Origin: Akkermansiaceae bacterium
Lineage (GTDB): Bacteria; Verrucomicrobiota; Verrucomicrobiia; Verrucomicrobiales; Akkermansiaceae
Length of the DNA: 64,000 nt
Reading direction: 5' to 3'
NCBI GenBank assembly: GCA_965657795.1
Contig: CBFHQJ010000014.1
Location: 923-64,922 of the forward strand
Within the stretch, counting starts at the first letter, position 1. Each line of letters begins with the position of its first letter. Positions 17,891-27,281 of the stretch are shown here, piece after piece. The notes under the pieces were generated by a model. It saw only the letters and a list, made by a program, of their open reading frames with translations. It had not been told where the DNA came from and did not search any database. Position numbers and translations under genes: made by a program.

Positions 17891-20800
17891 ATGAAAGCCG
17901 TTCTTCTCATTTTCCTCGCCGCCCTTTCGGCAACCGCTGCGCCTCTCGAACTCAAAAAAGGATCCCGCATCGTCCTCGTCGGCAATGGCTTGGGTTCACG
18001 TATGGTGCAGTATGGTTTTTTTGAAACTCAGCTTCATCTACAACACCCCGAGAAAAATCTCTTCATTCGCAACATGTGTGATGAAGGAAACACCCCCGGG
18101 TTCCGACCCCACTCTGCGCGCTCCACCCCCTGGGCCTTCCCTGAGGCCGATAAATTCCACCCGCCTCTCTCCAAAGCCACCGACCGCTGGCGCTCCGGCC
18201 ACACTGGCAACGGAAGAATGCCTTCGCCCGATGAATGGCTCACCAAACTCAAACCCGACATCATCATCGGTTTCTTTGGCTACAGCAAATCTTTCCCGGA
18301 CGAAGGAAGGATCGACAGCTTTGAAGCTGAACTTCGAGCTTGGGTTCACCACACTCAGACTCAGAAATACAACGGCCAAAGCGCTCCCCAAATCGCACTC
18401 GTCTCACCGATCACCTTCAAGCCCCGCGGTGCCGAAAGAGAAGGTGGCACCAGACCCAGCCGTTACGCAGATATCATCTTTCGGGTAGGCAAGGACTACC
18501 AGATCCCCGTCGCCAATATCGTCACCATGACCGGCCTGATGGGTGAACCCTACAATGACCCAATCACTCTGGATGGAAACTCACTTAATCGAAATGGTTA
18601 CGCTGCGGTCTCCGGGAAAATCTATACTGATCTTTTTGGCAATGCCGCCAACCTCGCGAGCAGCACTCAACCCTCAATCCAAAACGCAATCGCCGAAAAA
18701 AACTGGCTCTGGGAAAAACACTACAAAATCCCCAACGGCGTCCACGTTTACGGCCGCCGTCACAATCCCTTCGGCCCTAAAAACTATCCCGCCGAGCTCA
18801 AAAAGCTCGAGGAGATGTGCGCCAACCGCGACCGCGCCATCTGGGCCGCGGCTCAAGGAAAAACCTTCGACCTCGCCGCCGCCGATGCCAAAACCACCCC
18901 GCTCCCCGAGATCAAAACCAACTACCGCCCCAGCAAAAAGAACGGCAGCACCGAATACCTTTACGGCGACGACGCCCTCGCCTCCTTCACCCTCGCTCCC
19001 GGCTACAAGATCGACTTCTTCGCCTCCGAAAAAGAATTCCCCAACCTCGCCAACCCCGTTCAAATCACCTTCGACAACAAGGGCCGTCTTTGGGTCGCCA
19101 CCATGCCCACCTATCCACATTGGAAACCCGGCGATCCCAAGCCCAACGACAAGCTCCTCATTTACGAAGACACCGACAACGACGGCAAAGCCGACAAGGA
19201 AATCGTCTTCGCCGACAATCTCCATCTCCCCACCGGATTCGAGATCTCACACGACGGCGTTTACGTCGCGCAAGGCAATCACCTCATCCGCCTGCAGGAC
19301 ACCAACGGTGATGACAAAGCCGACGTCCGCGAGATCATCCTCAGCGGCTTCGACGACCACGACACCCACCACGTCATCTCCGCCTTCTGCGCCGATCCCT
19401 CCGGCGCCATCTACATGGGCGAAGGCACCTTCCTTCACTCCCACATCGAAACGGCGTACGGTCCCGTCCGCAGTTCCAACGGTGGCTTCTTCCGTTTCTC
19501 CCCTCAACGCAATCATCTCGAACGCACCGCCCGCCTTTCCATCCCCAACCCCTGGGGCACCGCTTTCGATCGCTTCGGCCAACCCTTCTTCCTCGAAACC
19601 TCCGACCCCGACCTCCACTGGATGACACCCGGATCAGTGAAGGTCGACTACGGTCAATTTTGTCCCAAGCCTCCCGCCATCCTCGAAAAGAACCAACGCG
19701 TCCGCCCCACCTCCGGACTTGAATTCGTCTCCAGCCGCCACTTCCCCGACGAAGTCCAGGGCGACGTCATCCTGGGAAACACCATCGGCTTCCTCGGCCT
19801 CAAACAACACCAAATCCTAGACTCCGAATCCGGCTATAAAGCCAAGCATCGCCACGACCTCCTCAAATCCTCCGACGGCAACTTCCGCCCCGTCGACCAC
19901 GAGTTCGCGCCCGATGGCTCCCTCTACCTCTGCGACTGGCACAACGTCCTCGTCGGCCACATGCAACACAGCGCCCGCGACCCCCTCCGCGATCACAAAC
20001 ACGGTCGCATCTACCGCATCACTTACCCAGGTCGCCCACTCGTCAAACCCGCCAAAATCCACGACGCCAGCCTCACCGAACTCTTCGAAAACCTCACCCT
20101 CCCCGAAGCCCGCACTCGCTACCGCACCCGCCGCGAACTTCGTGACCGTAACCCCAAGCTCGTCATTCCCGCTCTGCAAAAATGGATCGACGGTCTCGAC
20201 CCCAGCAATCTTGAAAAACATCAACACCATCTCCTCGAAGCCCTCTGGGTCAGCTGGGGACTCGACGAACTCAACGTCGGCGCCCTCTCGAGCCTTCTCA
20301 CCGCCCCGGACCCCCGCATCCGGGCTGCCGCCGTGGAAGTCCTCCGCTCAAACCGCGATCAAATCGAAGACGCCTCCGATATGCTCAAGCAATTTGCCGC
20401 AGACAAATCCCCGCGCGTCCGCCTCCAAACCGCCGTCGCTGCCTCCTGGTTCCCTCCGGAGAAAGGTCTCCCCATCCTTTCCGAGATCAAAAAACACCCC
20501 GTCGACAAATGGCTCAAGCCCGTCCTCGAAACCGCCAAAGCCCAACTCCAGGGCAAGCAACTCCAAATCGAAACCGGCGAAAAAATGGCAAAGCCCACTT
20601 CGCCGCTCAAAGGCGACGCCCTCACTCTCTTCAAAAAAGGCCACGAAGTTTACTCCCGCGAGGGCCACTGCATCACCTGCCACCAAGCTGACGGCGCCGG
20701 CCTTCCCACCGCCATGTTCCCACCACTCGCCGGCACCAAGTGGGTCAACGGCTCCGAAGATCGCCTCATTAAACTCACCCTCCACGGCCTTCTCGGCCCC

Positions 20801-21031
20801 ATCGAAGTGAAAGGAAAAAATTACCCCGGGCAGGTTCCCATGACGGCCTTCAAGCAACTCTCCGATAAAGAGCTCGCCGCCGTTCTCACCTACGTCCGAA
20901 ATACCTTTGGCAACAAAGCTTCCATGATCACCCCGGCCAAAGTACGAGAGATCCGAGAGACCACCAAGTCCCAACAAAGCTTCTACGCCCCCGCCGATCT
21001 CCTCAAGGAACACCCTCACCAAAAACCGTAA
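17891..21031 (+). CDS. Dehydrogenase-like beta-propeller + HEAT repeats + C-terminal cytochrome c domain protein (the family commonly annotated as PVC-type heme-binding CxxCH protein), with an N-terminal SGNH-like region
   Basis: Signal peptide MKAVLLIFLAALSATAAP. The propeller region includes 'FDNKGRLWVATMPTYPHWKPGD...DTDNDGKADK'. HEAT-like 'DPRIRAAAVEVL', 'KSPRVRLQTAVAA'. Heme motif 'CITCHQADGAG' with a downstream Met ('VPMTAF'). Confidence 0.75.
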   Translation: MKAVLLIFLAALSATAAPLELKKGSRIVLVGNGLGSRMVQYGFFETQLHLQHPEKNLFIRNMCDEGNTPGFRPHSARSTPWAFPEADKFHPPLSKATDRWRSGHTGNGRMPSPDEWLTKLKPDIIIGFFGYSKSFPDEGRIDSFEAELRAWVHHTQTQKYNGQSAPQIALVSPITFKPRGAEREGGTRPSRYADIIFRVGKDYQIPVANIVTMTGLMGEPYNDPITLDGNSLNRNGYAAVSGKIYTDLFGNAANLASSTQPSIQNAIAEKNWLWEKHYKIPNGVHVYGRRHNPFGPKNYPAELKKLEEMCANRDRAIWAAAQGKTFDLAAADAKTTPLPEIKTNYRPSKKNGSTEYLYGDDALASFTLAPGYKIDFFASEKEFPNLANPVQITFDNKGRLWVATMPTYPHWKPGDPKPNDKLLIYEDTDNDGKADKEIVFADNLHLPTGFEISHDGVYVAQGNHLIRLQDTNGDDKADVREIILSGFDDHDTHHVISAFCADPSGAIYMGEGTFLHSHIETAYGPVRSSNGGFFRFSPQRNHLERTARLSIPNPWGTAFDRFGQPFFLETSDPDLHWMTPGSVKVDYGQFCPKPPAILEKNQRVRPTSGLEFVSSRHFPDEVQGDVILGNTIGFLGLKQHQILDSESGYKAKHRHDLLKSSDGNFRPVDHEFAPDGSLYLCDWHNVLVGHMQHSARDPLRDHKHGRIYRITYPGRPLVKPAKIHDASLTELFENLTLPEARTRYRTRRELRDRNPKLVIPALQKWIDGLDPSNLEKHQHHLLEALWVSWGLDELNVGALSSLLTAPDPRIRAAAVEVLRSNRDQIEDASDMLKQFAADKSPRVRLQTAVAASWFPPEKGLPILSEIKKHPVDKWLKPVLETAKAQLQGKQLQIETGEKMAKPTSPLKGDALTLFKKGHEVYSREGHCITCHQADGAGLPTAMFPPLAGTKWVNGSEDRLIKLTLHGLLGPIEVKGKNYPGQVPMTAFKQLSDKELAAVLTYVRNTFGNKASMITPAKVREIRETTKSQQSFYAPADLLKEHPHQKP

Positions 21032-21068
21032 CCGAAAGGTCCACCTTTTGGAACCTCGGCACCAATCA

Positions 21069-21088
21069 CTGAAAGTTGGAGCTTTCAG
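21069..21088. terminator. Weak hairpin between convergent genes
   Basis: CTGAAAG (21069-21075) / TTGGAG / CTTTCAG (21082-21088), followed by an A/T-rich stretch (CTACTGTATTTTTA). Confidence 0.2.
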
Positions 21089-21154
21089 CTACTGTATTTT
21101 TACCGTCACCTTACTATGGAGCCGATCAAACGGCCGCTCATCGCCAAGCATTTC

Positions 21155-22408
21155 CTAGCGGTGGATCCCAATTCCCGGCTTTGGATTAAGCCTCGCGTTT
21201 AGTTGTTTGACAAGGTCCTCAACCTCAGCTGTCCGGGGCAAATCCTTGGTCCATTCCAGAGCAGCGGCAGGCTCTTCATAACTGATATCGTAGGCATACC
21301 GCAGCGCCAGGTAGTCTCCAATTGCACCCTTGGGTTTTGAGTTGATCCAATTGCCGGCTGCAGCGTAATCGAATGAGGTAAAGCTTTGCTGAAGGCTCCG
21401 GATAATCCTTTTCTGATAGGATGACAGCGAATCTTTGCCATTGCTTTGAGAAATCACCCAGTCCAGCCAATTTGGATCCTGGGGAGAACCTCCTCCTCTT
21501 CGCCGAATCCCATCCGCGAAGGATTTGAGCTCGCTCTGACTGGCCTCTTCATCCCTGAGAATTTTCAACGTATCACGAAAATCGGAAGAGAGGTCTTTAA
21601 GCGCTAAAGACTCCCATGCTCCGGCCTTATATTTTTCCGATAAGCCGGATTCACGAACCGCTTTCACGTAGTCTGGCGCCCGTTCCAGATTCAGAGAACT
21701 CGCGATGCCAAACATGCTGATATCTTGGGTCAAAACAGGAGCATCTTTGAGATGTTTGAAGGCGAGACCAAAATCCTTCTTTGCCATTTCTGCCAGCAAC
21801 TGATTTGCGACCCGGTCTCGATCTCGCGCCGGAAAAACAGTGGCAGGTGGCGTCCCGCCATACTCCGAGAACCAAGCCCAGGCAGCCTCGGGATCATGCC
21901 GGGCCAAATGCTCGAGAGCCAAATGAGTGGCTCTCCAAATCCGACTTGTCTCTTGAAAACCTTCCCACTCCAATGACTCCAAACCGAGGTCAAGTGCCCG
22001 CAATGGATCCTCATCGCAAATCAACCTCAAGCAATAGCACGCGATTCGCCCGCGCGAGTAGAGCTGGAGGGTTGACTCCTCTTTCATTTCACGAAAAACA
22101 CCCTCCAATTCGCGGACTGAGAGATTAATAAGAGTTCCCATAAACTCCGCTTCAGCCTTGGTCCGGTCACCTTTGGAGTCCGGCTCATTGTTCGCATAGA
22201 TTCCGACGATCTTCTTTGTAATCCCTTCGATTGATCGATCCTGAATGACACTGCTTTTGACTCGTAACCGTGAACTGGCGACCACGCTCTGATCTTCGGA
22301 ATCTGTCTTAGCGATGGCTCTCAATTGCGCCAGCTCATCGACCTGCCTTCTTCCAATAATCACCACCACGACTAGGATGGCCAATGTTGTTACAATCGAT
22401 GCTTTCAT
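21155..22408 (-). CDS. Single-pass membrane-anchored alpha-helical repeat protein, unknown function (paralog family with 49808..51184)
   Basis: 417 aa. N-terminal anchor MKASIVTTLAILVVVVIIG. Recurrent 'DPxxAxxW' helices (DPLRALDLGLESLEW, DPEAAWAWFSEYGG, EPAAALEWTKDL). ATGA overlap with the upstream gene. Confidence 0.55.
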   Translation of the reverse strand: MKASIVTTLAILVVVVIIGRRQVDELAQLRAIAKTDSEDQSVVASSRLRVKSSVIQDRSIEGITKKIVGIYANNEPDSKGDRTKAEAEFMGTLINLSVRELEGVFREMKEESTLQLYSRGRIACYCLRLICDEDPLRALDLGLESLEWEGFQETSRIWRATHLALEHLARHDPEAAWAWFSEYGGTPPATVFPARDRDRVANQLLAEMAKKDFGLAFKHLKDAPVLTQDISMFGIASSLNLERAPDYVKAVRESGLSEKYKAGAWESLALKDLSSDFRDTLKILRDEEASQSELKSFADGIRRRGGGSPQDPNWLDWVISQSNGKDSLSSYQKRIIRSLQQSFTSFDYAAAGNWINSKPKGAIGDYLALRYAYDISYEEPAAALEWTKDLPRTAEVEDLVKQLNARLNPKPGIGIHR

Positions 22409-22914
22409 TTCTTTTCGGAGTTTTCCTGCAGCACTAGCTTATGGGCCTCGGCAAGAGCCCTTTTAAGATCAGGATCTTGTAGACTCTCCAGTCGATCCTC
22501 CAAGGAATTGTGATAAGGACAGGTCGGAATACAGACCGTCTTTTGAGCAAATTTTTTGAGTAATTCATTCGAAGCAGATGTCCCTCCAAATTCAGCAATC
22601 TTGGCGACCGTTCGTTGATACTGTTTCGGACGACTGTCATTCATGTGATAGGAAGTTACGAGCGCACGACTCATCGGAGCAACGTGTTCTTCAGGCTGGC
22701 CTTGCAGCCACTGATAAAGTTCATCGAGGTGTGATAGATCCTCTTTCTCCTGCGCTCCAAAGTTGGTCGATACTCCCAAGATAAATGCATCTCTCTCGGT
22801 CCCGACAAGTTCCATCTGGTTCATAAACCTGGTTGCCGCGCCCAGATCATCGCGGGAAAAATGAAAAGTAAGATTACCCGCTACAAACTCTGATCTTTTT
22901 GATCGCCGCGCCAA
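22405..22914 (-). CDS. Hypothetical protein; possibly the detached C-terminal half of the upstream gene
   Basis: 169-aa ORF with only a TTG start, which lies inside the preceding ORF (34-nt overlap). It has no signal or anchor. Confidence 0.35.
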   Translation of the reverse strand: MARRSKRSEFVAGNLTFHFSRDDLGAATRFMNQMELVGTERDAFILGVSTNFGAQEKEDLSHLDELYQWLQGQPEEHVAPMSRALVTSYHMNDSRPKQYQRTVAKIAEFGGTSASNELLKKFAQKTVCIPTCPYHNSLEDRLESLQDPDLKRALAEAHKLVLQENSEKK

Positions 22915-23636
22915 TTAAACACAGATTTTAATAGGTCCGGATCACCCCTTCGGTTGGAAAGGCTGGAGAGGAGGGTGTCTGCTTCTCTGGGAGTGAGCTT
23001 CTGCATTCTGCCATGCATGGCATCCGGATCGAGCTTGAGAAGATGGGGGGCCAGAGTCTCTTCAAGCTTCAATATTCTGGAGGAATGGGTGGAAAGACGC
23101 TTGGAATCGGCTCTGAGTTGATCGCGATGCTGATCGATCCATGCCACCACAGCGCGAGGGTCTTCAGGCGAGAGATTGGTCAATGCGACCTTGATCAGAT
23201 TGAAGTGGCTGTTGATCTCCCCCGACATCAGATGGAGGGCATCCCGAGGAGACTTACTGGCAAGCAGAGCCCAAACACCAGATTGGAGCTTTTGGCGCTC
23301 ATCTTCAGGAAGTTGGAGACCCGGAATCTGATCGCTCAAATCCAACAGATCACCGACTGACATCTTCTGCAATTCGAGCTTCAAGCGAATGCCGGCTCTG
23401 ATCCCGTTGATCATATTTCCATCATCTGAAAGTTCACCTTTCGCAGCGGAAGAGAGCATGACCAAATCTACTTTCCCGGATGAGTCGAGGTAACTGTAGG
23501 GAGCATCCGGGTAGAGCTTGGGATCTTCAATCAAAGAGGTTGAGCCTTGACCGGCGGACGAAGCCAACTGTTGCCACCCCAGCCAGGCGCCACCCGCCAA
23601 CAACACCAACAAAGGCGCATACCATTCTTCTCTCAT
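22881..23636 (-). CDS. Membrane-anchored helical protein, unknown function (same family as 21155..22408)
   Basis: The internal ATG at 23636 gives MREEWYAPLLVLLAGGAWLGW (anchor). Motifs 'SPRDALHLM' and 'DPRAVVAWIDQH' resemble the DPxxAxxW repeats of the neighbouring paralogs. Confidence 0.45.
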   Translation of the reverse strand: MREEWYAPLLVLLAGGAWLGWQQLASSAGQGSTSLIEDPKLYPDAPYSYLDSSGKVDLVMLSSAAKGELSDDGNMINGIRAGIRLKLELQKMSVGDLLDLSDQIPGLQLPEDERQKLQSGVWALLASKSPRDALHLMSGEINSHFNLIKVALTNLSPEDPRAVVAWIDQHRDQLRADSKRLSTHSSRILKLEETLAPHLLKLDPDAMHGRMQKLTPREADTLLSSLSNRRGDPDLLKSVFNWRGDQKDQSL

Positions 23637-23831
23637 CACGCTTGTACTTTTACCTGATTCACAAATCATGGGAAATGTAAGAATGAGTAATCTCAATCAT
23701 AACACCATCAGGGTCCTAACGAATGGCCCGGAAAGACTGAGATCCCCTGACCTTTTCGATAGTTTCGCGCAAAAGGAGATTTCGACAAACCTGAGTGGAC
23801 ATCGTTCGCTGGAATAGTAACGCTCTCCACC

Positions 23832-24893
23832 ATGTTGCTTCAATCTCTCCTTCCTGTAACACTTTCACTAATCACCCTTCTTTCTTTTGCACGCGGGGAT
23901 GTCCAAAGCGACTTCCATCGGGACAAGCAAATCGACACCATCGCCTTCGGCTCCTGCTACAATCCCCGCGATAAAAAGGACGTCATGTTCGATGCCGTCC
24001 TCAAAGAGACCCCCGATGTCTTCGTTTTTCTTGGCGACAACATTTACGGGGACACCAGGGACATGAAAGTCCTCCAGAAAAAATACCGCGAACTCGAAGC
24101 TGTGGATGGCTTTCGAAAACTTCGCGATGCCACCACGATGCTCGCTACCTGGGACGATCACGACTTCGGCACAAACGACGGCGGAAAAAGCTATCCCATG
24201 CGCAAGGCCTCCGAAAAAATCTTTCTCGATTTTTTCAAAGACCCGGTCGATTCCCCCCGCCGGAAACGTGAAGGTATTTACGGATCCTACACATTTGGAA
24301 CACCGGGCAAGATCTGCCAGATCATCGTCCTCGACACCCGTTACTTCCGCGACGAACTCCCAAAGACCAAAAAGAAAAAAGAACCCGGCACCGTCGGTTG
24401 GTATGAACCCACCAAAGACACCAGCAAAACCCTCCTTGGAGAACCCCAGTGGAAGTGGCTCGACAAACAACTTCAGGTCCCGGCCGATCTCCGCATCATC
24501 GCCAGTAGCATCCAGATGATCTCCTTCGAGAAAGGAATGGAGAATTGGGGCAATGTCCCTCACGAACAGAAACGACTCTTTGATCTCCTCAAAAAGAACA
24601 AGGCTCACCACACCTTCGCCATTTCGGGCGACGTACACTTCGCCGAACTCTCGAAAAAGGACCTTTCTGGATATCCATTCTACGATCTCACCAGCAGCGG
24701 ATTCTCACACACCAGTAAGTCCTGGTCACAAGCGACGAATTCCTTCCGAATTGGAGCCTCACATTCGCAACTCAATGCCGGACTCATCCAAATCGATTGG
24801 GCCAAAAAATCAGTCGAGCTTGCAATCATAAATCCCAAAGGAGAACAAATCTTAAAGCACCCACTGAAGTTCTCAGACCTGGAATTCGAATAG
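23832..24893 (+). CDS. Alkaline phosphatase D (PhoD)-like metallophosphatase
   Basis: Signal peptide, then 'IAFGSCYNP', 'FVFLGDNIYGD', 'ATWDDHDFGTNDGG', 'ISGDVHFAEL'. Confidence 0.8.
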   Translation: MLLQSLLPVTLSLITLLSFARGDVQSDFHRDKQIDTIAFGSCYNPRDKKDVMFDAVLKETPDVFVFLGDNIYGDTRDMKVLQKKYRELEAVDGFRKLRDATTMLATWDDHDFGTNDGGKSYPMRKASEKIFLDFFKDPVDSPRRKREGIYGSYTFGTPGKICQIIVLDTRYFRDELPKTKKKKEPGTVGWYEPTKDTSKTLLGEPQWKWLDKQLQVPADLRIIASSIQMISFEKGMENWGNVPHEQKRLFDLLKKNKAHHTFAISGDVHFAELSKKDLSGYPFYDLTSSGFSHTSKSWSQATNSFRIGASHSQLNAGLIQIDWAKKSVELAIINPKGEQILKHPLKFSDLEFE

Positions 24894-24923
24894 TACCCGG
24901 AGAAGGGTCAAACTGCTCATTTA

Positions 24924-25709
24924 ATGCAAGTCTCCCTCGGGATATTCACTTCTATTCTCCTGCTCCTTTTTGTGAGTAGCTGTAAAGAACACTACCCTCC
25001 GACCACCAAGGTCGAACTTAACGATCCTTCAAGAGGGCTAAGCATCGAATCGGTCCACCATCTCGGCAACTCCTGGCAGATAGTCACCGTCGATCCTTCA
25101 AAGTCCAAACCTTCCATTCAGCTCGCTGACTCCGCCGGGAAACCGCTGCGAGATTTCTCCGCCTTTGAAGCAGCTGCTCAAAAAATCGGCCAAACGACAG
25201 TTTGGATGATGAACGCCGGAATGTATCACAAAGGAGGAACACCGGTCGGTCTCTGCATCATCAACGGAAAGCAAATCACGCCGGTCAACACCTCGGTAGG
25301 CGAAGGCAATTTCTTCCTCAAACCTAACGGCATTTTCCTTCTTACCAACGACGGGGCCTGAATTATCGACACCAACGATTGGCGTCCTGAAACGGCTGCC
25401 ATGGTCAAATGCGCCACCCAATCCGGCCCCCTCCTTGTCAGCGATGGAAAGTTTCACCCCGCAATCCGGGAAAATTCACCCAACAAACTCATCCGAAATG
25501 GCGTCGGTGTTCGCGCTGACGGTCACCTCTGCTTCGTGATCTCGACCACTCCGGTTTCCTTCCACGAAATGGCGACATTTTTCCGCGACCATCTCAACTG
25601 TCCGGAAGCACTCTACCTAGACGGGACCGTGAGCGCACTCTACGCACCGAGAGCCAAAATCACTCCCGAAGCAACTCGACTCGGACCCGTGATCGGCGTG
25701 TGGGAATAG
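24924..25709 (+). pseudogene. Phosphodiester glycosidase (DUF2233 / NAGPA-like) family protein interrupted by an in-frame TGA (25359-25361)
   Basis: ORFs 24924..25361 and 25401..25709 share one frame. Read through, the sequence is ...NGIFLLTNDGA*IIDTNDWRPETAAMVKCATQSGPLLVSDG.... Family hallmarks lie on both sides of the stop: 'MNAGMYHKGGTPVGL' before it, and 'QSGPLLV', 'RNGVGV', 'ALYLDGTVSALY' after it. Confidence 0.65.
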
Positions 25710-25728
25710 ACCTTGGCGGACCACCGGG

Positions 25729-26446
25729 CTAGCGGCGGCGACGAAAGCCAAACCCAAAACCCGCAAGGCTCAACAGAACGACCGAAGTTGGCTCCGGAAC
25801 CACATCACCGAAAATCTCAAACTCATTGAGATGGAAATGGGCCCCAGTGGCGTTCTGCGTAGCATCGGCCTGGAAACGGATGGTTGTGAATGCCGCCGGA
25901 GTAGCGAAGTCAGCTCCACCACCATCCCAACGGATCGTCTAGTTTGTAGCATTCCAAACGGAAGGCGAAGTCCCATCAACTCCTTGCACGAAAATGTCCA
26001 CGTAATTTACTTGGTCGTTCGATCCCTGGACTCTCCATGCACGGGCATCGCGAACCGGTACCGAGTCATTTCCACTGGTAAGTGGTAAAATGAGTCAGAA
26101 CAACTGCTTGTGAGAAAGTGGCATCGACCCAAAAGGGAAGATTCGCACCACCGCTACCGCAGCACCACTTGTCATTTCCGCCACCAACCCGATTGTCGAA
26201 GATATTGAAGGCCGCTTCTCCACCACCAAAGCCCGGCTCCTCATTCCCGGAGAAGGTCGCATTGTAATTCAGATCCGCATCAGCCGCCCCGTCATTCTCA
26301 GGATCCGTCAGATCGCCCCCCAAAAGAAAATCTCCCGCACTAGTTGCCCCGGCACCGAGAACGGTGGCAGCTTCAACCCGCGAATTTCCAGCAGTGATAA
26401 AAGCCGCAGAGGTAAAAAAGACAAAAGTTTGCCGGAGCTTGATCAT
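25729..26446 (-). pseudogene. PEP-CTERM-anchored discoidin (F5/8 type C)-like protein carrying a frameshift (~26080-26086) and an in-frame TAG (25939-25941)
   Basis: Manual translation of the frame ending at TAG 25729-25731 gives ...LTSGNDSVPVRDARAWRVQGSNDQVNYVDIFVQGVDGTSPSVWNATN*TIRWDGGGADF...HLNEFEIFGDVVPEPTSVVLLSLAGFGFGFRRRR. The N-terminal part with its signal peptide (MIKLRQTFVFFTSAAFITAG...FWVDATFSQAVVLTHFT) is in a different frame (ORF 26066..26446). Confidence 0.6.
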
Positions 26447-26565
26447 GACAAGAGAATGTCAAAGACTTCAGGACCCCGTTCCGACTCTTCCGTCGGCGAG
26501 GTTGCCTTTTGAGGTATCAGCGTCTCAAGCAGCGGCAGCCTACTTTATCGTCGCTTTGCAAAGCT

Positions 26566-27060
26566 TTAGCGAATCCGGGAGCTATAGTAGTCGAAGGGAC
26601 CAACCCGAGACCAATTCCCGGAATAGAGCCCGACAAAATCCTCAAATTTTACGGCAAATCGTTCGACCCGGGATTCCTGCATGACCCACCAAGCGGTGGC
26701 ACCGTCCGCCCTCAGAAGAAGCTTTCCTCCATCGGCCGCCTGGTAGAAGACCAACGCCCCATGCCACTCGGGAAAATCGTTAATCGACTCCGGCCAGTCC
26801 CACCCCGGAATCACTTCCTTCCCAGGAGCGAAGACAGGCCATTCCTCTTCACAGTATCGAAAACTGCCTGCCGTAAAAGTATCCTCGGCAAGACCTCCAA
26901 AGAATTCAAAAAAGTCCAAGACTTCTTCGTGATCTGCCAAACCGAAGCTCTTCAATCTTCCCCGCCAATACTCTCGTTTCAAGGGGGCGGGAAGAAACCA
27001 CCGGTCACTCACCAAGCGCCCCGAAGCATCTCTCTTCTTCCCAGAAATCACTCCACCCAC
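26566..27060 (-). CDS. SMI1/KNR4 (SUKH)-like protein
   Basis: 'FLPAPLKREYW...EEVLDFFEFFGGL' near the N-terminus and 'ALVFYQAADGGKLLLRADGATAWWV...FAVKFEDFVGLY' near the C-terminus resemble the SUKH-1 pattern. GTG start overlaps the upstream ORF by 13 nt. Confidence 0.4.
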   Translation of the reverse strand: MGGVISGKKRDASGRLVSDRWFLPAPLKREYWRGRLKSFGLADHEEVLDFFEFFGGLAEDTFTAGSFRYCEEEWPVFAPGKEVIPGWDWPESINDFPEWHGALVFYQAADGGKLLLRADGATAWWVMQESRVERFAVKFEDFVGLYSGNWSRVGPFDYYSSRIR

Positions 27061-27281
27061 TTATCCACCTCGAATGTTCGAAGTTTCTCCGCAAACCACT
27101 TCAACGCCGAATTCTCAATTCGCTCCCATCGACTCACGAGCCGCTCGTGGGCTTTTGCGAGATCGAGCCCCACAAAACCTCTGATCCACGGAGCCATCCG
27201 GTCCAAAAATTCCGGGGGAATCCCGCCTCCGGCCAGTGGATACTCTGGAGGCTCCTCAAGGTGCACGAACAATTCACTCAC
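27048..27281 (-). CDS. Small hypothetical protein (77 aa)
   Basis: ORF with a GTG start overlapping the CDGSH gene stop by 8 nt. No recognisable motif apart from 'GIPPEFLDRMAPW'. Confidence 0.3.
   Translation of the reverse strand: MSELFVHLEEPPEYPLAGGGIPPEFLDRMAPWIRGFVGLDLAKAHERLVSRWERIENSALKWFAEKLRTFEVDKWVE

Noticed and set aside
18543-19625. A 360-aa Pro/Ser/Thr-rich plus-strand ORF, together with the antisense ORFs at 18674..19225, 19247..19618, 19817..20230 and 20348..21022.
   Set aside because: All lie inside the well-supported 17891..21031 CDS, in other frames. Their low-complexity composition is typical of off-frame translation of GC-rich coding DNA.
25359-25361. Selenocysteine at the in-frame TGA of the phosphodiester glycosidase gene. 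The same idea was considered for the Kef TGA at 30840.
   Set aside because: Neither is a redox fold and neither position corresponds to a Cys. Only a weak 3+4-bp hairpin follows 25361, and none follows 30842.
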